Source of the DNA: a virus
Taxonomy: Duplodnaviria > Caudoviricetes
DNA length: 64,000 nt
IMG/VR virus record: IMGVR_UViG_3300033066_001722
Location: 25,817-89,816 of that record
Reading direction: 5' to 3' (one strand)
Positions 1 to 9,920 of the stretch are shown piece by piece (positions within the stretch are counted from its first letter, which is position 1; every line of letters starts with the position of its first letter). The translations under genes were made by a program, and so were the position numbers. The notes beneath the pieces were generated by a model. The model had not been told where the DNA came from. It did not search any database and saw nothing but the letters and a program-made list of their open reading frames with translations.

Positions 1-64
1 CGACCGGGACGCTGAACTGCTGGAATCGATGCCCGTGTAGATCGTTGAAGAAGAGCACCCTCAT
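1..64 (-). CDS. N-terminus of a metallophosphoesterase (SbcD/Mre11-like), truncated by the window edge
   Basis: Manual translation from ATG at 64 gives MRVLFFNDLHGHRFQQF, with the DxH motif I of calcineurin-like phosphoesterases. ATGA overlap with the stop of 61..318. Confidence 0.6.
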   Translation of the reverse strand, partial: MRVLFFNDLHGHRFQQFSVPV

Positions 65-318
65 CGAGGTCCTCGGATGAGGGCACGCGCCACCTTGGCT
101 GTCAGAGGGCCACAACGCTCCGGTGACTCCTGATACAGGCGCACAGCGGTATCTGCGATCTCTTGTGAGATGAAGAGAGACTCTGGTTGTCGTCTGGGCT
201 GCTGAATCAGCTTCTGTGCGGCTCGCAGAGCGTCTCCGATCGAACCTCCGGGGGACGCCAGAAGGGCATCTTTGGATGCTTCGTCCAATTCAACTCTCGA
301 AGGATCTCTTCTCGCCAT
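61..318 (-). CDS. hypothetical protein
   Basis: ORF track (start moved to MARRD). Stop is coupled to the next gene by ATGA, but the ORF overlaps 207..458 by 112 nt. Confidence 0.45.
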   Translation of the reverse strand: MARRDPSRVELDEASKDALLASPGGSIGDALRAAQKLIQQPRRQPESLFISQEIADTAVRLYQESPERCGPLTAKVARALIRGPR

Positions 319-458
319 AGACACTCTCGACCGTTCAGATTTTGACTCTCGGCACGGACGTACGCTCCTATCTCTCGAAGGAGTCTTCGAGGGCTAGGGT
401 ATTCCTTTCGAGAGATCACACGGATGACAGCTTCGCGGAAGCGCTGCCGAGCAGACAT
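207..458 (-). CDS. hypothetical protein
   Basis: ORF track, start reassigned to MSARQRF so that it follows the MFS stop at 484. Confidence 0.4.
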   Translation of the reverse strand: MSARQRFREAVIRVISRKEYPSPRRLLREIGAYVRAESQNLNGRECLWREEILRELNWTKHPKMPFWRPPEVRSETLCEPHRS

Positions 459-483
459 ACTTGGTAGGACGGACAGAAGCCCT

Positions 484-1755
484 TCAGGTCGCTCGAACAG
501 CTTGGATCTGAGGCTGACGTAGAGTCTTGTAGCGGAGGTACGCGTAGGCGACACCGACGAAGAGGACGATCATCATAGAGGAGTAGATAGGCATCAGAGT
601 CCATCGGTTCAGATCCCCTACCGTCGAGGCTGCGATAGGAGTCGCAAGGAAGCCTCCGAGATACTCTGTTCCGTCGAGATAGCCGACTACACGTCCGCTT
701 TGAGCTGCTCCACTGAGCTCGACGCTCACTGCTCCGTTGAGCAGACCATGGATCGACTGGATGCAAGCGGAGTACAGGATCAGGCATATGGCGAGCTGAT
801 ACGCACCAGAGGCTCCCCAGAACCTGGCAAGTAGCAGACAGGACATGACCCCTACTCCTGCTGCTGCGAGCACAGCCCAGCGTGATTGGATGCGATCGGA
901 GAGCGTGCCCATCGCAATCACACCTAGACAGGCTGCCCACGGCATCCATGTAGACGCTAGGAGGAAGGGTGGAAACTTGCGCAGGTTCGCGAACTCGATG
1001 CCGTAGGCACGGACGAAATGACTCGCATAGAAGTGGTCGACGTAGTTACGTGTGAACCCGACTGCGAGTGCGACTCCGATCATGATCCAGAAGAGGCCTT
1101 GACGCCAGAAAGGCTCAGCCGAGACTGCGACCGTTGGAGGTGCGACATGGCCGACATCCTCGGGATTGTTTCGTACGAAGAAGGCTGTGAACGGGATCGC
1201 CAGCGCAACCAGGACAGCAGGCACCCAGAAGGCATACTGCCATGGGAGGAATGCGATGAGGATCGGAGGCAGGATGTTAGCGAGGATCCGACCACTCTGA
1301 ATCATGAGCCCGAAGAGCCCTAGGAACTTTCCACGATCATGGTTGCTGAACCAGCGAGAGTTGATCTTGACGACAGAGATCGCGCCGAAGGACTGGAAGT
1401 ACGCATTGCAGGCCCATACGAGGGCAGCCATCGTCAGGATCGTGTGAGTCTGAAGTAGTCCGTGTGCAAGGCCTAGACAGCCGAATGCGAGGTTGGCGAG
1501 CGAGATCCCGGAGGCTCCGATGAGGAGCGCACGCTTGCCTCCTAGCCTATCTGCGAGTGGACCATTGAACGCAACAGCGATGCCATAGATGAGTAGTGCG
1601 AACTGGAGGATGGAGGATACCACGGCCAGTGGTACGCCCCAGGCCTTACTCAAGGCCTCTTGCATGGTACTGAGGTTATACCGTGCTGCGTAGAATAGGC
1701 CGAATTGGATACCTACCATCATCCAATTCACGATTCGGCGATTTGCGAAGGTCAT
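484..1755 (-). CDS. MFS transporter, organophosphate:Pi antiporter (GlpT/UhpT-like)
   Basis: 423 aa with about 12 hydrophobic segments. Motifs YAARYNLS, NGPLADRLGGK (MFS loop 2-3), FQSFG..WFSNHDRG and GTLSDR. Confidence 0.85.
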   Translation of the reverse strand: MTFANRRIVNWMMVGIQFGLFYAARYNLSTMQEALSKAWGVPLAVVSSILQFALLIYGIAVAFNGPLADRLGGKRALLIGASGISLANLAFGCLGLAHGLLQTHTILTMAALVWACNAYFQSFGAISVVKINSRWFSNHDRGKFLGLFGLMIQSGRILANILPPILIAFLPWQYAFWVPAVLVALAIPFTAFFVRNNPEDVGHVAPPTVAVSAEPFWRQGLFWIMIGVALAVGFTRNYVDHFYASHFVRAYGIEFANLRKFPPFLLASTWMPWAACLGVIAMGTLSDRIQSRWAVLAAAGVGVMSCLLLARFWGASGAYQLAICLILYSACIQSIHGLLNGAVSVELSGAAQSGRVVGYLDGTEYLGGFLATPIAASTVGDLNRWTLMPIYSSMMIVLFVGVAYAYLRYKTLRQPQIQAVRAT

Positions 1756-1767
1756 ACCCGATCCTCC

Positions 1768-3150
1768 TTATGAGATGCCGCCTGACTTCATATCTCGGAA
1801 TCCGGCAAATCGTGGGTGTGCGAGACTGCCGTTCCTGGTACGTTGTTGATAACGTACGCGAGCCCAGCGTCCAATGTAGGTAGGGTTCATCTTCCCTCGG
1901 GCTGCGACTTTTGGATCTATCTTCTGACCGCTCGAATTCCGCCATTGCTCGCCAGGAGGAAGCGTCCAGATCAGAGCCCAGTCCTCCTCTGTCATACCTC
2001 CGACGAGGACTCTCGTCTCGTTCTCCAGGACAACAACCAGGACAGGCTGTTTGTTCTTCCAGACGATGTCGACGATCTTGAACTCCTCTTCGATCTCGCC
2101 TTTGACCTTCAACCAACGTCCATCGTAACCGAGAGTATACGGAGCAGAGGGATCCTTCACAATGATCCCTTCGAGGCCCATGGCGATCTTGGCGCTGGCT
2201 CGCTTGAACGCCTCTTCGCGGTTCTTGACGATGGTGAAGTCTGCGAGGGAGACGTTCACCGGTACGCTTCTTGCAGGCTGCAAGAGACTGGCCCACTGCC
2301 CTAGTGGGCCATCGTCGAGGAACGGAATGTCTGGTCTGCCGAACAGATTGTTCAGCACTCGTCGACGCTGCCTCCAGCTCACCTGGAAGTCCTTCTGCCA
2401 GAAGCTGGTCGGGAAGATGTCGAAGACAAAAGCACGTGCAGAGGCGTCTGCCGTCCGTCTTGCAGCTACAGCAGCGTCTTCTCGGGTCGAAGCTCCGACG
2501 AGCTCCGTATCGAAAGTAACCTCCGCTCCCTGCACAAGCTCATACAAGTCACGAGCGAGCAGACCGCAGCCTCCTGTGATCTCTCCCGTAGCGGATATAT
2601 AGCGTCCGAGGACGTTGCCTGCACTCGAATACGCCTGACACTCTCCCTTTTCGATCTTGAAGAAAAGTCTCCAACCGTCGTACTTGGTCTCTTCGACCCA
2701 GTCCTCGAAGATCTGATCCTCCATCGCCTCACACTTCCTGATGCGGAAGCGTTGAGGGGCATCTCCTCCGAAGTACTTCTCCATAGACTTGTGGGAGACG
2801 CCAATCTCCAGATTTCGCCTCAGGAGACGTTCTAACCACACCGCCTGGCGCGCAGATCCGCGACGCATCTGGTTGTCAACGCGTGTGATCGTCGCACTGT
2901 TCCGATTCGTCCCGCGCAGCTCGTACGCAAGCTCGACGATCTCTCTGAAGTAGATCTCGTCTGGGACCTGCTCCTGCATCGCGAGGTCCTCGACCTGGAC
3001 GGTTGGGAGTGTACCGAAGGCAGTCCCACTCTCCCAAGCTAGACGGAGGTACTTGACCAGTACCTCTTGACCGAGGCCTGTGGCTAGCAGTGCGGATTTG
3101 GCCGTCGAACCTCGCAAGGCAGCGACCTGCTCAAGCAGCTTGATACTCAT
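1768..3150 (-). CDS. ATP-dependent DNA ligase
   Basis: Motif I ETKYDGWR, motif III FDTEL, IIIa FVFDI, IV EGIIVK, V WLKVK, VI HPRFAGFR. True start MSIKLL at 3150 (ATGA overlap). Confidence 0.93.
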   Translation of the reverse strand: MSIKLLEQVAALRGSTAKSALLATGLGQEVLVKYLRLAWESGTAFGTLPTVQVEDLAMQEQVPDEIYFREIVELAYELRGTNRNSATITRVDNQMRRGSARQAVWLERLLRRNLEIGVSHKSMEKYFGGDAPQRFRIRKCEAMEDQIFEDWVEETKYDGWRLFFKIEKGECQAYSSAGNVLGRYISATGEITGGCGLLARDLYELVQGAEVTFDTELVGASTREDAAVAARRTADASARAFVFDIFPTSFWQKDFQVSWRQRRRVLNNLFGRPDIPFLDDGPLGQWASLLQPARSVPVNVSLADFTIVKNREEAFKRASAKIAMGLEGIIVKDPSAPYTLGYDGRWLKVKGEIEEEFKIVDIVWKNKQPVLVVVLENETRVLVGGMTEEDWALIWTLPPGEQWRNSSGQKIDPKVAARGKMNPTYIGRWARVRYQQRTRNGSLAHPRFAGFRDMKSGGIS

Positions 3151-3365
3151 GAGTCCTCCAGTGGAGCGAAGGCCGTAATGAAGCTGTCGACACAGTCGAC
3201 GTCCTGATGTAGGAGGCCTAGACTCTCGTAGGTATAGAAGCCTCGTCGAGTGCGAAACCCGTTCGACTCGATAACGACCTCTTCGGATCTGAATGCGAGG
3301 ATGTACTCGAAGCGGAAGGTATCTGGATTGAATCGATAGACGCGATAGTTGTAGCGAGGCTTCAT
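3147..3365 (-). CDS. hypothetical protein (72 aa)
   Basis: Start MKPRY at 3365. ATGA overlaps at both ends. Confidence 0.65.
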   Translation of the reverse strand: MKPRYNYRVYRFNPDTFRFEYILAFRSEEVVIESNGFRTRRGFYTYESLGLLHQDVDCVDSFITAFAPLEDS

Positions 3366-4444
3366 TTCGAGTGGGCAGAAGACGCGTGCCGTCTGGATCT
3401 TTGCTCCTCGGAGGAGGAACTGACCGAGAGGCTTGTTCGGTTCGATCTCGATGCGACCTTTTGCTCCTGTGACCCACATGACTGCATGAACGCGTCAGCG
3501 TCGATCAGGTATACGGCGTCCTTTTCGACAGCGACTTCTTTCCCACTCTTCGTAGTCTCGACGACGGTGAGCTTCCCAATTCGGATGGCTCCCTCCCATG
3601 CCTTGTGGCTCTCATCCCGTCCATAACGGGCGAGCTCTCGCTGAAGCTCTGTCACCTTCGTCATCTGGATGAACCGTCTTTGCGTCTCCTCTTGAAGAGT
3701 GTCGAAGGTCACGACCTTGACACCTCGTAGTGCCAATCCACGCAGGGTTGCATGGATGCGATAGCTCGCAGTTCCTGGAGGACTAGGTGAGGCCAGGTAA
3801 CTGTCGTTCTTCGCCTCTGCCAGATAGACCTGGAGCTTCTCTGCAAGCATCCGCACGGTGTCCATGACGTAGTCGTACTTCATCCCCAGACCCCTGTGGA
3901 CGTCTGCTGGATTCTCATAGTCTCCGGACAGTAGAGCGTTGTAGATCATCGCCTGTGGCGTATCAAGTTCCGCGTAGATCCGCTCGATCACCTTCTGTAG
4001 GAGACGAACGTCTCCTCGCATCTCTGGCGTCGCTCGAACGTTGTCGTGTGCGTACTGCTCTGGATCGTCCGGATGCTCTCGGTCCGAGTCTCCTTCCTCT
4101 CCTGCCCGGCTCGCCCACTCCGACTGAAGGACGTTCCTTCGGGCTTTGCCTCGGCTCATCGAGTACTTGTCGTTGTACGCATTCAGCACAGCTGTGCGCA
4201 GCGCCTTGGTAAGCTTCGGGGTCTCGAGATCCTTGTAGCGACTTGAGGTCACGACCTCGTGGAGTTTGACCATTCCCAGCGATAGCAGCTCCGTGATGTG
4301 CATATCGACATGGAAGTCCCGGCTACGTCGACGTGCCATTGATATGACCTCCCCAACCATGATAGGAAGGTCGTTACGACCGTAGACGCTGTTCAACTGA
4401 ACAGAATCCTTACGGAGTTTTTCAATGATCTGTGATACGTTCAT
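3362..4444 (-). CDS. sigma70-like RNA polymerase sigma factor with C-terminal extension (putative)
   Basis: Region-2-like ELLSLGMVKLHEVV...LRTAVLNAYND and region-4-like HTH LDTPQAMIYNALLSG..PADVHRGLGMKYDYVMDTV. Start MNVSQ at 4444 (ATGA). Confidence 0.5.
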   Translation of the reverse strand: MNVSQIIEKLRKDSVQLNSVYGRNDLPIMVGEVISMARRRSRDFHVDMHITELLSLGMVKLHEVVTSSRYKDLETPKLTKALRTAVLNAYNDKYSMSRGKARRNVLQSEWASRAGEEGDSDREHPDDPEQYAHDNVRATPEMRGDVRLLQKVIERIYAELDTPQAMIYNALLSGDYENPADVHRGLGMKYDYVMDTVRMLAEKLQVYLAEAKNDSYLASPSPPGTASYRIHATLRGLALRGVKVVTFDTLQEETQRRFIQMTKVTELQRELARYGRDESHKAWEGAIRIGKLTVVETTKSGKEVAVEKDAVYLIDADAFMQSCGSQEQKVASRSNRTSLSVSSSSEEQRSRRHASSAHSK

Positions 4445-5322
4445 TTCACACTCCGGATTCCGAGGATTGTAGCGACTTGCTCTTGCAACTCTGCGAGGTT
4501 CGCAGACTGCGATAGCTTCGCACGATACCATTGACGGAAGATGGGCGGGATTTTGCTCTCGTACCTAGTCGGCAACGTCAATGTCGCGGATAGTGCCCGC
4601 TCCAGCGCCTCCCACCTCTCAGGGTCCGAGAGGCGCTTGATCTCCTCGGGACGCGACATCCCGAGAGTTCGTTGGTAGGCCATCTCGAGATGGCGGACAA
4701 CACCATCTTGGCTCAAGGGAGGGATCGACTTCTTAGTCGAGGCTGTTGCCTGCTTAAGGTATATAGGCGCTGGAGGCGGAGGCATCGGCTGGATCTCGAC
4801 GACACGCGTCCACACTGGAGCCTGCAGAGCTGGCTTGGCCCTCCCGCGAAGTTCAGAGGGGTCTGCGTAGCGGTCAGGGTCACCGCCATGCTTCAGTGGG
4901 CTGATGATGTGTAGCCAACTATACAGCAGCCAGCTCCCCAAGTCTGCTCGATCGCGCAGCGTCCAGATGAACTTTCCGAGGTCAAGCTCTCGCTGGGAGG
5001 CTCCAGGTCGGAAGCGACGGTGCTCGAAGTAGTACGCAGACTCTGGAATGGTCCGCAGTGTGAGCTGCTTGATATCCTCTCTGGCTTGCTCTGTCAGCAG
5101 AGCGTTCTTCGAAAGCTCTGCGTACTGATTCGCCCAGAGGATCGCTGCTGCTGCTCGGATGGTCCGCTCGCTTGGACGCTGGAATTGAATCTTCAGTAGA
5201 TCGGGTGTCTCTACAAGCTTCATTGCGAGAGATGTGCGAAGCTCTCTGATCAATGCTGGAGACAACTCCAGGTCGTAGGGTGGAATCGCAGGGCACTCCA
5301 AGAATGCCAATTGAACCTTCAT
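4441..5322 (-). CDS. hypothetical protein
   Basis: 293 aa ORF with AAGGAG RBS upstream, coupled to the next gene. Confidence 0.75.
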   Translation of the reverse strand: MKVQLAFLECPAIPPYDLELSPALIRELRTSLAMKLVETPDLLKIQFQRPSERTIRAAAAILWANQYAELSKNALLTEQAREDIKQLTLRTIPESAYYFEHRRFRPGASQRELDLGKFIWTLRDRADLGSWLLYSWLHIISPLKHGGDPDRYADPSELRGRAKPALQAPVWTRVVEIQPMPPPPAPIYLKQATASTKKSIPPLSQDGVVRHLEMAYQRTLGMSRPEEIKRLSDPERWEALERALSATLTLPTRYESKIPPIFRQWYRAKLSQSANLAELQEQVATILGIRSVK

Positions 5323-5403
5323 GTCTAGTCTTGCTCCTTCGGGTAGGTATTATGCCCGATTTCCTTGAAAGAGGGTGAACTTTCGTGCAAACCCTCTAGG
5401 AGA

Positions 5404-6741
5404 CTACGAAGAGGAGCGCGTTAACAGGGCTGCTCGTTCCTCTTCAGTCATATTCTCGACGGGCCACTCGTCCACCTGCTGGATTCTAATGCCGTCTTCC
5501 ATCTCAACGAGCTTAATCATATACCCATCTGCACGTACAGCGTCGTTCAGACGGATCTTCGTGGGCTCCGCAATCAGGCGATGTGCCATCTTGTCCGTCG
5601 GGCGTACACGGAGATGCCAGATCCCATCCATCATACCAGCCTTGCCCTGCGCTCCCTGGTACTGGCCTGCCTTGTTCTCTTGGCTCGCTGTCTCAACAGC
5701 GACGTTGCACTCTCGAGCAATACGCCCTCGGACCTCGTTGAAGAGATACTCTTGGTTCTGCCACTGGTTGTCGCCGAACTGCTTTGGCTGGACCATTTTG
5801 TCGACGAAGTCGATGACGACCTTGGCGATCTTCTTGCCGGTACGCTGCTCAATCCGCGTGATCTCGGCGACGATCGCAGCTGTGGTACAGCGGTACTCCT
5901 CCCACTCCGCGACGTGGAGCTCTCCTCCGGCAGCCTTGATCTGTGCAATCTGCGCCTCGAGCGTCTCTCGACCGTCGTTCGTCTTGAGCTGTAGAGGACT
6001 CAGCCCTGTGTAGTACTGGTCTGCACGTCCTTCGATGATCTCCTTCCGCAGCTCCAGCGTGCAGTAGAGGACATGGAATCCTGCCATGACACCGAAGCAG
6101 GCGTCATTCTGAAGCATGCGACTCTTGCCGACGCCTGTATCCGCGATGAACATGAAGACCTCTCCGGCTGCTGTCCCTCCGTAGTAGGTCTCGTCGATGA
6201 ATCGATAGCCTGTTGGAACGATGTTGACGCGGTCGTAGACCGCGACATTTGGATCGACGCGTCTGGCAACGCGTGCAGCGTCGGTGTAGCTGACTGTGCG
6301 AGAACGTACTCCCACGCTGGAGGCCTGGACTGCGCAGCGCGTCGCCTCTTCGAACTTGCCCTCACGGACAAGAGCTGCGTAGCGCGCAGAGGCTGCCTCA
6401 TAACCATTGCGCTTGACAGCCTGAATGAGCTCGTCACGGTGATAGTTGATGAGCTTCGAGTCGGCACTGAAGATCCGCTGGAGGAGGAACCGAAGATCCT
6501 CCTCGTTCTTCCAGCCTTGACGTAGGACTGCGCGCTCCAGAGCCTCACGCTCAAGGAGCACTCGATTGGAGTCCCAGACAGAAAGCACAGAGGTGACGAT
6601 TGCCTGGTGTAGCTTCGGCACCCAGATGGAGGGATCGATGTGGTCTCGGAAGTCTTCCAGGAAGACTGGACTACGCAGTAGCGGGATGAGTAGGTCAGTA
6701 GCCTCCACCACAGCAGCAGCCGTCGGGAGAGCCTCAGTCAC
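5404..6741 (-). CDS. replicative helicase, DnaB/T4 gp41-like (SF4)
   Basis: Walker A IADTGVGKS, H1a YCTLEL, Walker B VVIDFVD, TASQ motif. GTG start at 6741 (GTGA overlap). Confidence 0.88.
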   Translation of the reverse strand: MTEALPTAAAVVEATDLLIPLLRSPVFLEDFRDHIDPSIWVPKLHQAIVTSVLSVWDSNRVLLEREALERAVLRQGWKNEEDLRFLLQRIFSADSKLINYHRDELIQAVKRNGYEAASARYAALVREGKFEEATRCAVQASSVGVRSRTVSYTDAARVARRVDPNVAVYDRVNIVPTGYRFIDETYYGGTAAGEVFMFIADTGVGKSRMLQNDACFGVMAGFHVLYCTLELRKEIIEGRADQYYTGLSPLQLKTNDGRETLEAQIAQIKAAGGELHVAEWEEYRCTTAAIVAEITRIEQRTGKKIAKVVIDFVDKMVQPKQFGDNQWQNQEYLFNEVRGRIARECNVAVETASQENKAGQYQGAQGKAGMMDGIWHLRVRPTDKMAHRLIAEPTKIRLNDAVRADGYMIKLVEMEDGIRIQQVDEWPVENMTEEERAALLTRSSS

Positions 6742-8180
6742 TTGGGGAAGTTTGCCTTGATCCATTGAATGGTACCCTCTATATCTGACACGTCAAAGAC
6801 GCTGCCACTGTCGTACGTCTCGTAGACTCTGCGTCTTGAACGGGCATGCCCCTTGAGATAGAGTGCATCATCTGCAAGGTCGATCCATAGAAATCGCTCT
6901 TTGCCATCCGCATTGCGGAAGCCTCGACCGATCATCTGTTTCAGCTGATGGCCTTGCTTAATGTCATCTAGACCCCGCTCTGCGCCTCCCGAGATCACAG
7001 TCGTGATACCTGTCATCGAGATGCCAGTGGTCAATGTTACGTTGGCAATCATACCTACGTAGTGACCCTTCTGATAGCGGGCTCTCATATCTGCGCGAGT
7101 CTGCTTGGACTCCTTTCCGAAGTGGATAGGTAGCTCCCATCCGAGCTTCTGAAGCTCCCTCTGAATCGTCTCCATATGGTCTCGGCGGTTCAGGAAGATG
7201 AGCAGGCGCTCTCCTTCCTTGATCAGCCGATCTGCGAGCTCAACTATGAGCTGATTGCGCTCCTTGTTCTTGACGATCGCCCCACTGTACACAGAGTGAT
7301 AGCTGTGGAAGTTGCGCACGTACTGCTTCGTGTGATGGACTGGGAGTATCAGGAAGTACGGACGTGCACTGAATCCACTCTCGACAAGCTCGTCTGCGGA
7401 CACCTCAGCGATGATCGAACCGAACAGACCAGCGATGAGCTGGTCTCTAGTCTCCTCCGTCCACATCGTACCGGATAGCGCGATCCGGACGTCTGCGATG
7501 CAGTAGGAGAGCGCCTCACCGAGTCTGAATGTGAGCTCATGTGCTTCGTCGAGTATGATGGTCTTGAACCGTCGTAACCAGCGGATCGTGCGAGCTGGTT
7601 GCTTGCGAAAGCGTGAGACGATCGTCGCTCCGCTTGCTATCACGATCGGAGTGTTTGTGAAGGGTGTTCCACAGACTGTGGAGACGCCTGGGATCTGGAG
7701 ACCTCGAAAGTCGTCTGCTACCTGCTTGACGAGGTCCGAGCGTGTGACAGGCGTGACATACAGAACGCTACCAGAAGCCACGCAAAGCTCGGCTGCGATG
7801 AAGGTCTTGCCAGCGTTCGTGGCAAGGCTCAAACCTCCCCTGCGTTGATTCTGGATAGCCTGCAATGCAAGTTTGCCATAATCCCGCTGCTGGACGAACG
7901 GTGGATCCGGGAAGGTAAGCGGACTTGGCTGATAACGACGCTCTATTTCGACGTCGAGTCCGTTCTCCTTACAGAAATCCAAGACTTGCGGTAGGAGCCC
8001 CGAGAGGAATCGCCCTGTCGGAGTGCAGTAGTGGATGTCGGCGAGTGCTTCTCGCATGCTCGTCCGACGGACGTACTGCCAGTGCTGACGCTTCAGGTGA
8101 TCTCTGATCGCGCCTAGGACGAGCTCATGGGTCTCTAGCTGAGAACGGACTCTTCCGACGAGGATCTTGACGTCTGCCAC
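6738..8180 (-). CDS. SF2 helicase, UvsW-like
   Basis: Motif I LATNAGKT, II ILDEAH, III ALSGT, VI QMIGRGFR. Confidence 0.88.
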   Translation of the reverse strand: MADVKILVGRVRSQLETHELVLGAIRDHLKRQHWQYVRRTSMREALADIHYCTPTGRFLSGLLPQVLDFCKENGLDVEIERRYQPSPLTFPDPPFVQQRDYGKLALQAIQNQRRGGLSLATNAGKTFIAAELCVASGSVLYVTPVTRSDLVKQVADDFRGLQIPGVSTVCGTPFTNTPIVIASGATIVSRFRKQPARTIRWLRRFKTIILDEAHELTFRLGEALSYCIADVRIALSGTMWTEETRDQLIAGLFGSIIAEVSADELVESGFSARPYFLILPVHHTKQYVRNFHSYHSVYSGAIVKNKERNQLIVELADRLIKEGERLLIFLNRRDHMETIQRELQKLGWELPIHFGKESKQTRADMRARYQKGHYVGMIANVTLTTGISMTGITTVISGGAERGLDDIKQGHQLKQMIGRGFRNADGKERFLWIDLADDALYLKGHARSRRRVYETYDSGSVFDVSDIEGTIQWIKANFPK

Positions 8181-8186
8181 AAGTAC

Positions 8187-9566
8187 TTAGACGCTGACGA
8201 CGTTGCCACGTACTGTCTGTACGTTCAACCTAACGCCTGGCCTGAACGCTGCTGTCGTCTTCTTCAAAAGGCCGGATCCGTTGTCCTGGATCCACCGCCC
8301 CTTCGCGTTGTAGCGGATTGCCTCCGTCGACCAACCGGTCACGGTAGCTGTGATACCATCGCCGGAGATATAGGAGGCGTCTGGTGGTGTGGCTGTCACC
8401 CACTCGTTGGTGATTGAGATCGTGACCTGGAGGTCACGCGCGCAGGGAGGTATGCTGACGGTCTGGTCGTAGACCGGCGCACCTGAGTAGTCTCCCGGCT
8501 TGGTCAGCGCCAGCTGGAGATCTCCCTGGTAGTAGGGTGTGAATGTCGGTGTAGTCCCGGCGATACCTGTCGTGATCCTGCCCAACAGGATGTCATAAGG
8601 GGTTGAGGGGAACTCGCCTCCACTGGACCCGCCAGGAGTACCACGCTTGTCCGTCGGATAGGTGTAGGAGGGTACCCCTGACGTCGGGAGGGTACCTTTC
8701 TGGACGTAGATGCAGAGCGCACCCTTCGTGGTGAGCTGTGCGCGTAGGAAGTAGGTCGTCGACGTGTCAAGAGTCGAAGACTCCCAGACACCCGTAGGCG
8801 CACCCCAGGCAGACCTGAACAGTCGTCCGGCAACTCGAATGACATGATCGCCGGAGATACTCACGATCCCGCCTGTCCCAGGTGATGTCGCTGCTGTGAC
8901 ACTTGGATAGAGAGCAGTCTCACCCTCAACTCCGAGTCGGATCGCCCCGTACTCTAGAGGTGCGAGAGTCCTTGCATCTCCGACGCAGAGAGGATTGCTG
9001 TAGTAGTAGCTGATATCTGCTTGAGCGACCTGAGGCTGCCCTGCGATGAGTCGGACTGCTGCGAGGGCAACAACGCCCTCTGTGGACGCTGCGAGAGCAA
9101 GGTCTGCGTCTGGGGCAGCCTCTGTGCCAAGAGCTGCTGTCCCTCCTGCGTATGTCCGATACTCGACGGCGATGACCTGATCAAAAGGCTGCTCGCTGCC
9201 GTTGTCGTCCACCCTCGTCGTTCGATCAACGACGCACAACCGAGCAGCTAACACGACGACTCTTGCGTCTCCGGACTGGACTGGAAGGGTAGGTCCGACA
9301 TAGGACCCGTGCGTGGACTCTCCTACCGTCAACACGCCCGACTCAGTGTCAGACAGGTAACCGTTCGAGCAGAGTAGACCAGTCCCGACTTGGACCTTCA
9401 GCGGATCCGCGTGCGCGGTCACCGTTGGGACAGATGTCCAGCCGTTCTGACTGAACACGTGCTGTAGGAGGATCGCATCTCGTTGCAGCTCTCCTTGCAG
9501 GATCTCTGCGAAGTCGACATCACGCACCAGCTGCCCGTTGTAAGGTCGTCGTGTTAGCTTGATCAT
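8187..9566 (-). CDS. baseplate-attached tail fibre/receptor-binding protein (paralog of 10488..12461)
   Basis: Position after the baseplate genes, G/T/S-rich composition, and segments alignable by eye with 10488..12461. Start MIKLTRR at 9566. Confidence 0.6.
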   Translation of the reverse strand: MIKLTRRPYNGQLVRDVDFAEILQGELQRDAILLQHVFSQNGWTSVPTVTAHADPLKVQVGTGLLCSNGYLSDTESGVLTVGESTHGSYVGPTLPVQSGDARVVVLAARLCVVDRTTRVDDNGSEQPFDQVIAVEYRTYAGGTAALGTEAAPDADLALAASTEGVVALAAVRLIAGQPQVAQADISYYYSNPLCVGDARTLAPLEYGAIRLGVEGETALYPSVTAATSPGTGGIVSISGDHVIRVAGRLFRSAWGAPTGVWESSTLDTSTTYFLRAQLTTKGALCIYVQKGTLPTSGVPSYTYPTDKRGTPGGSSGGEFPSTPYDILLGRITTGIAGTTPTFTPYYQGDLQLALTKPGDYSGAPVYDQTVSIPPCARDLQVTISITNEWVTATPPDASYISGDGITATVTGWSTEAIRYNAKGRWIQDNGSGLLKKTTAAFRPGVRLNVQTVRGNVVSV

Positions 9567-9568
9567 GT

Positions 9569-9916
9569 TCAGTTCATCTGGATCTTGTAGGGTGGATCGA
9601 CGTACTTCTCTCCGAAGATAAAAGAGCACTCTTCGGGAGCGTCGATGACTTGAGGCGGACAGGTGATCCTCGCATCATAGACACCCGGTTCCCGAGGATG
9701 TGCGGACGCGTCTAACGTGCCACAGACGCCACCATCCTCCGTCAGGAAGCTCGGGATGGGCGGAGTGTACTCTCGGAGAGTGAGCAGTAGTCGCGTCGTC
9801 AGATACTCTGTCCGACTACACTGGATCTCAGTCGTCGACGACGTCACCTTCCCCTTCAGAGCTCCAAAGTCCCAACATCCAAGGCATGTGAGTACGTACA
9901 AGGCAATGCGGCGCAT
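9569..9916 (-). CDS. predicted lipoprotein
   Basis: MRRIALYVLTCLGC: basic N-terminus, hydrophobic core and lipobox-like LGC. Confidence 0.55.
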   Translation of the reverse strand: MRRIALYVLTCLGCWDFGALKGKVTSSTTEIQCSRTEYLTTRLLLTLREYTPPIPSFLTEDGGVCGTLDASAHPREPGVYDARITCPPQVIDAPEECSFIFGEKYVDPPYKIQMN

Positions 9917-9920
9917 ACGT

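Noticed and set aside
3151-3477. N-terminal extension of the ligase ORF
   Set aside because: It overlaps two other genes. The ATGA-coupled start at 3150 is preferred.
5386-5400. TTTGCA resembling the sigma54 -12 box
   Set aside because: There is no GG 10 nt upstream (CC instead), so the spacing rule fails.
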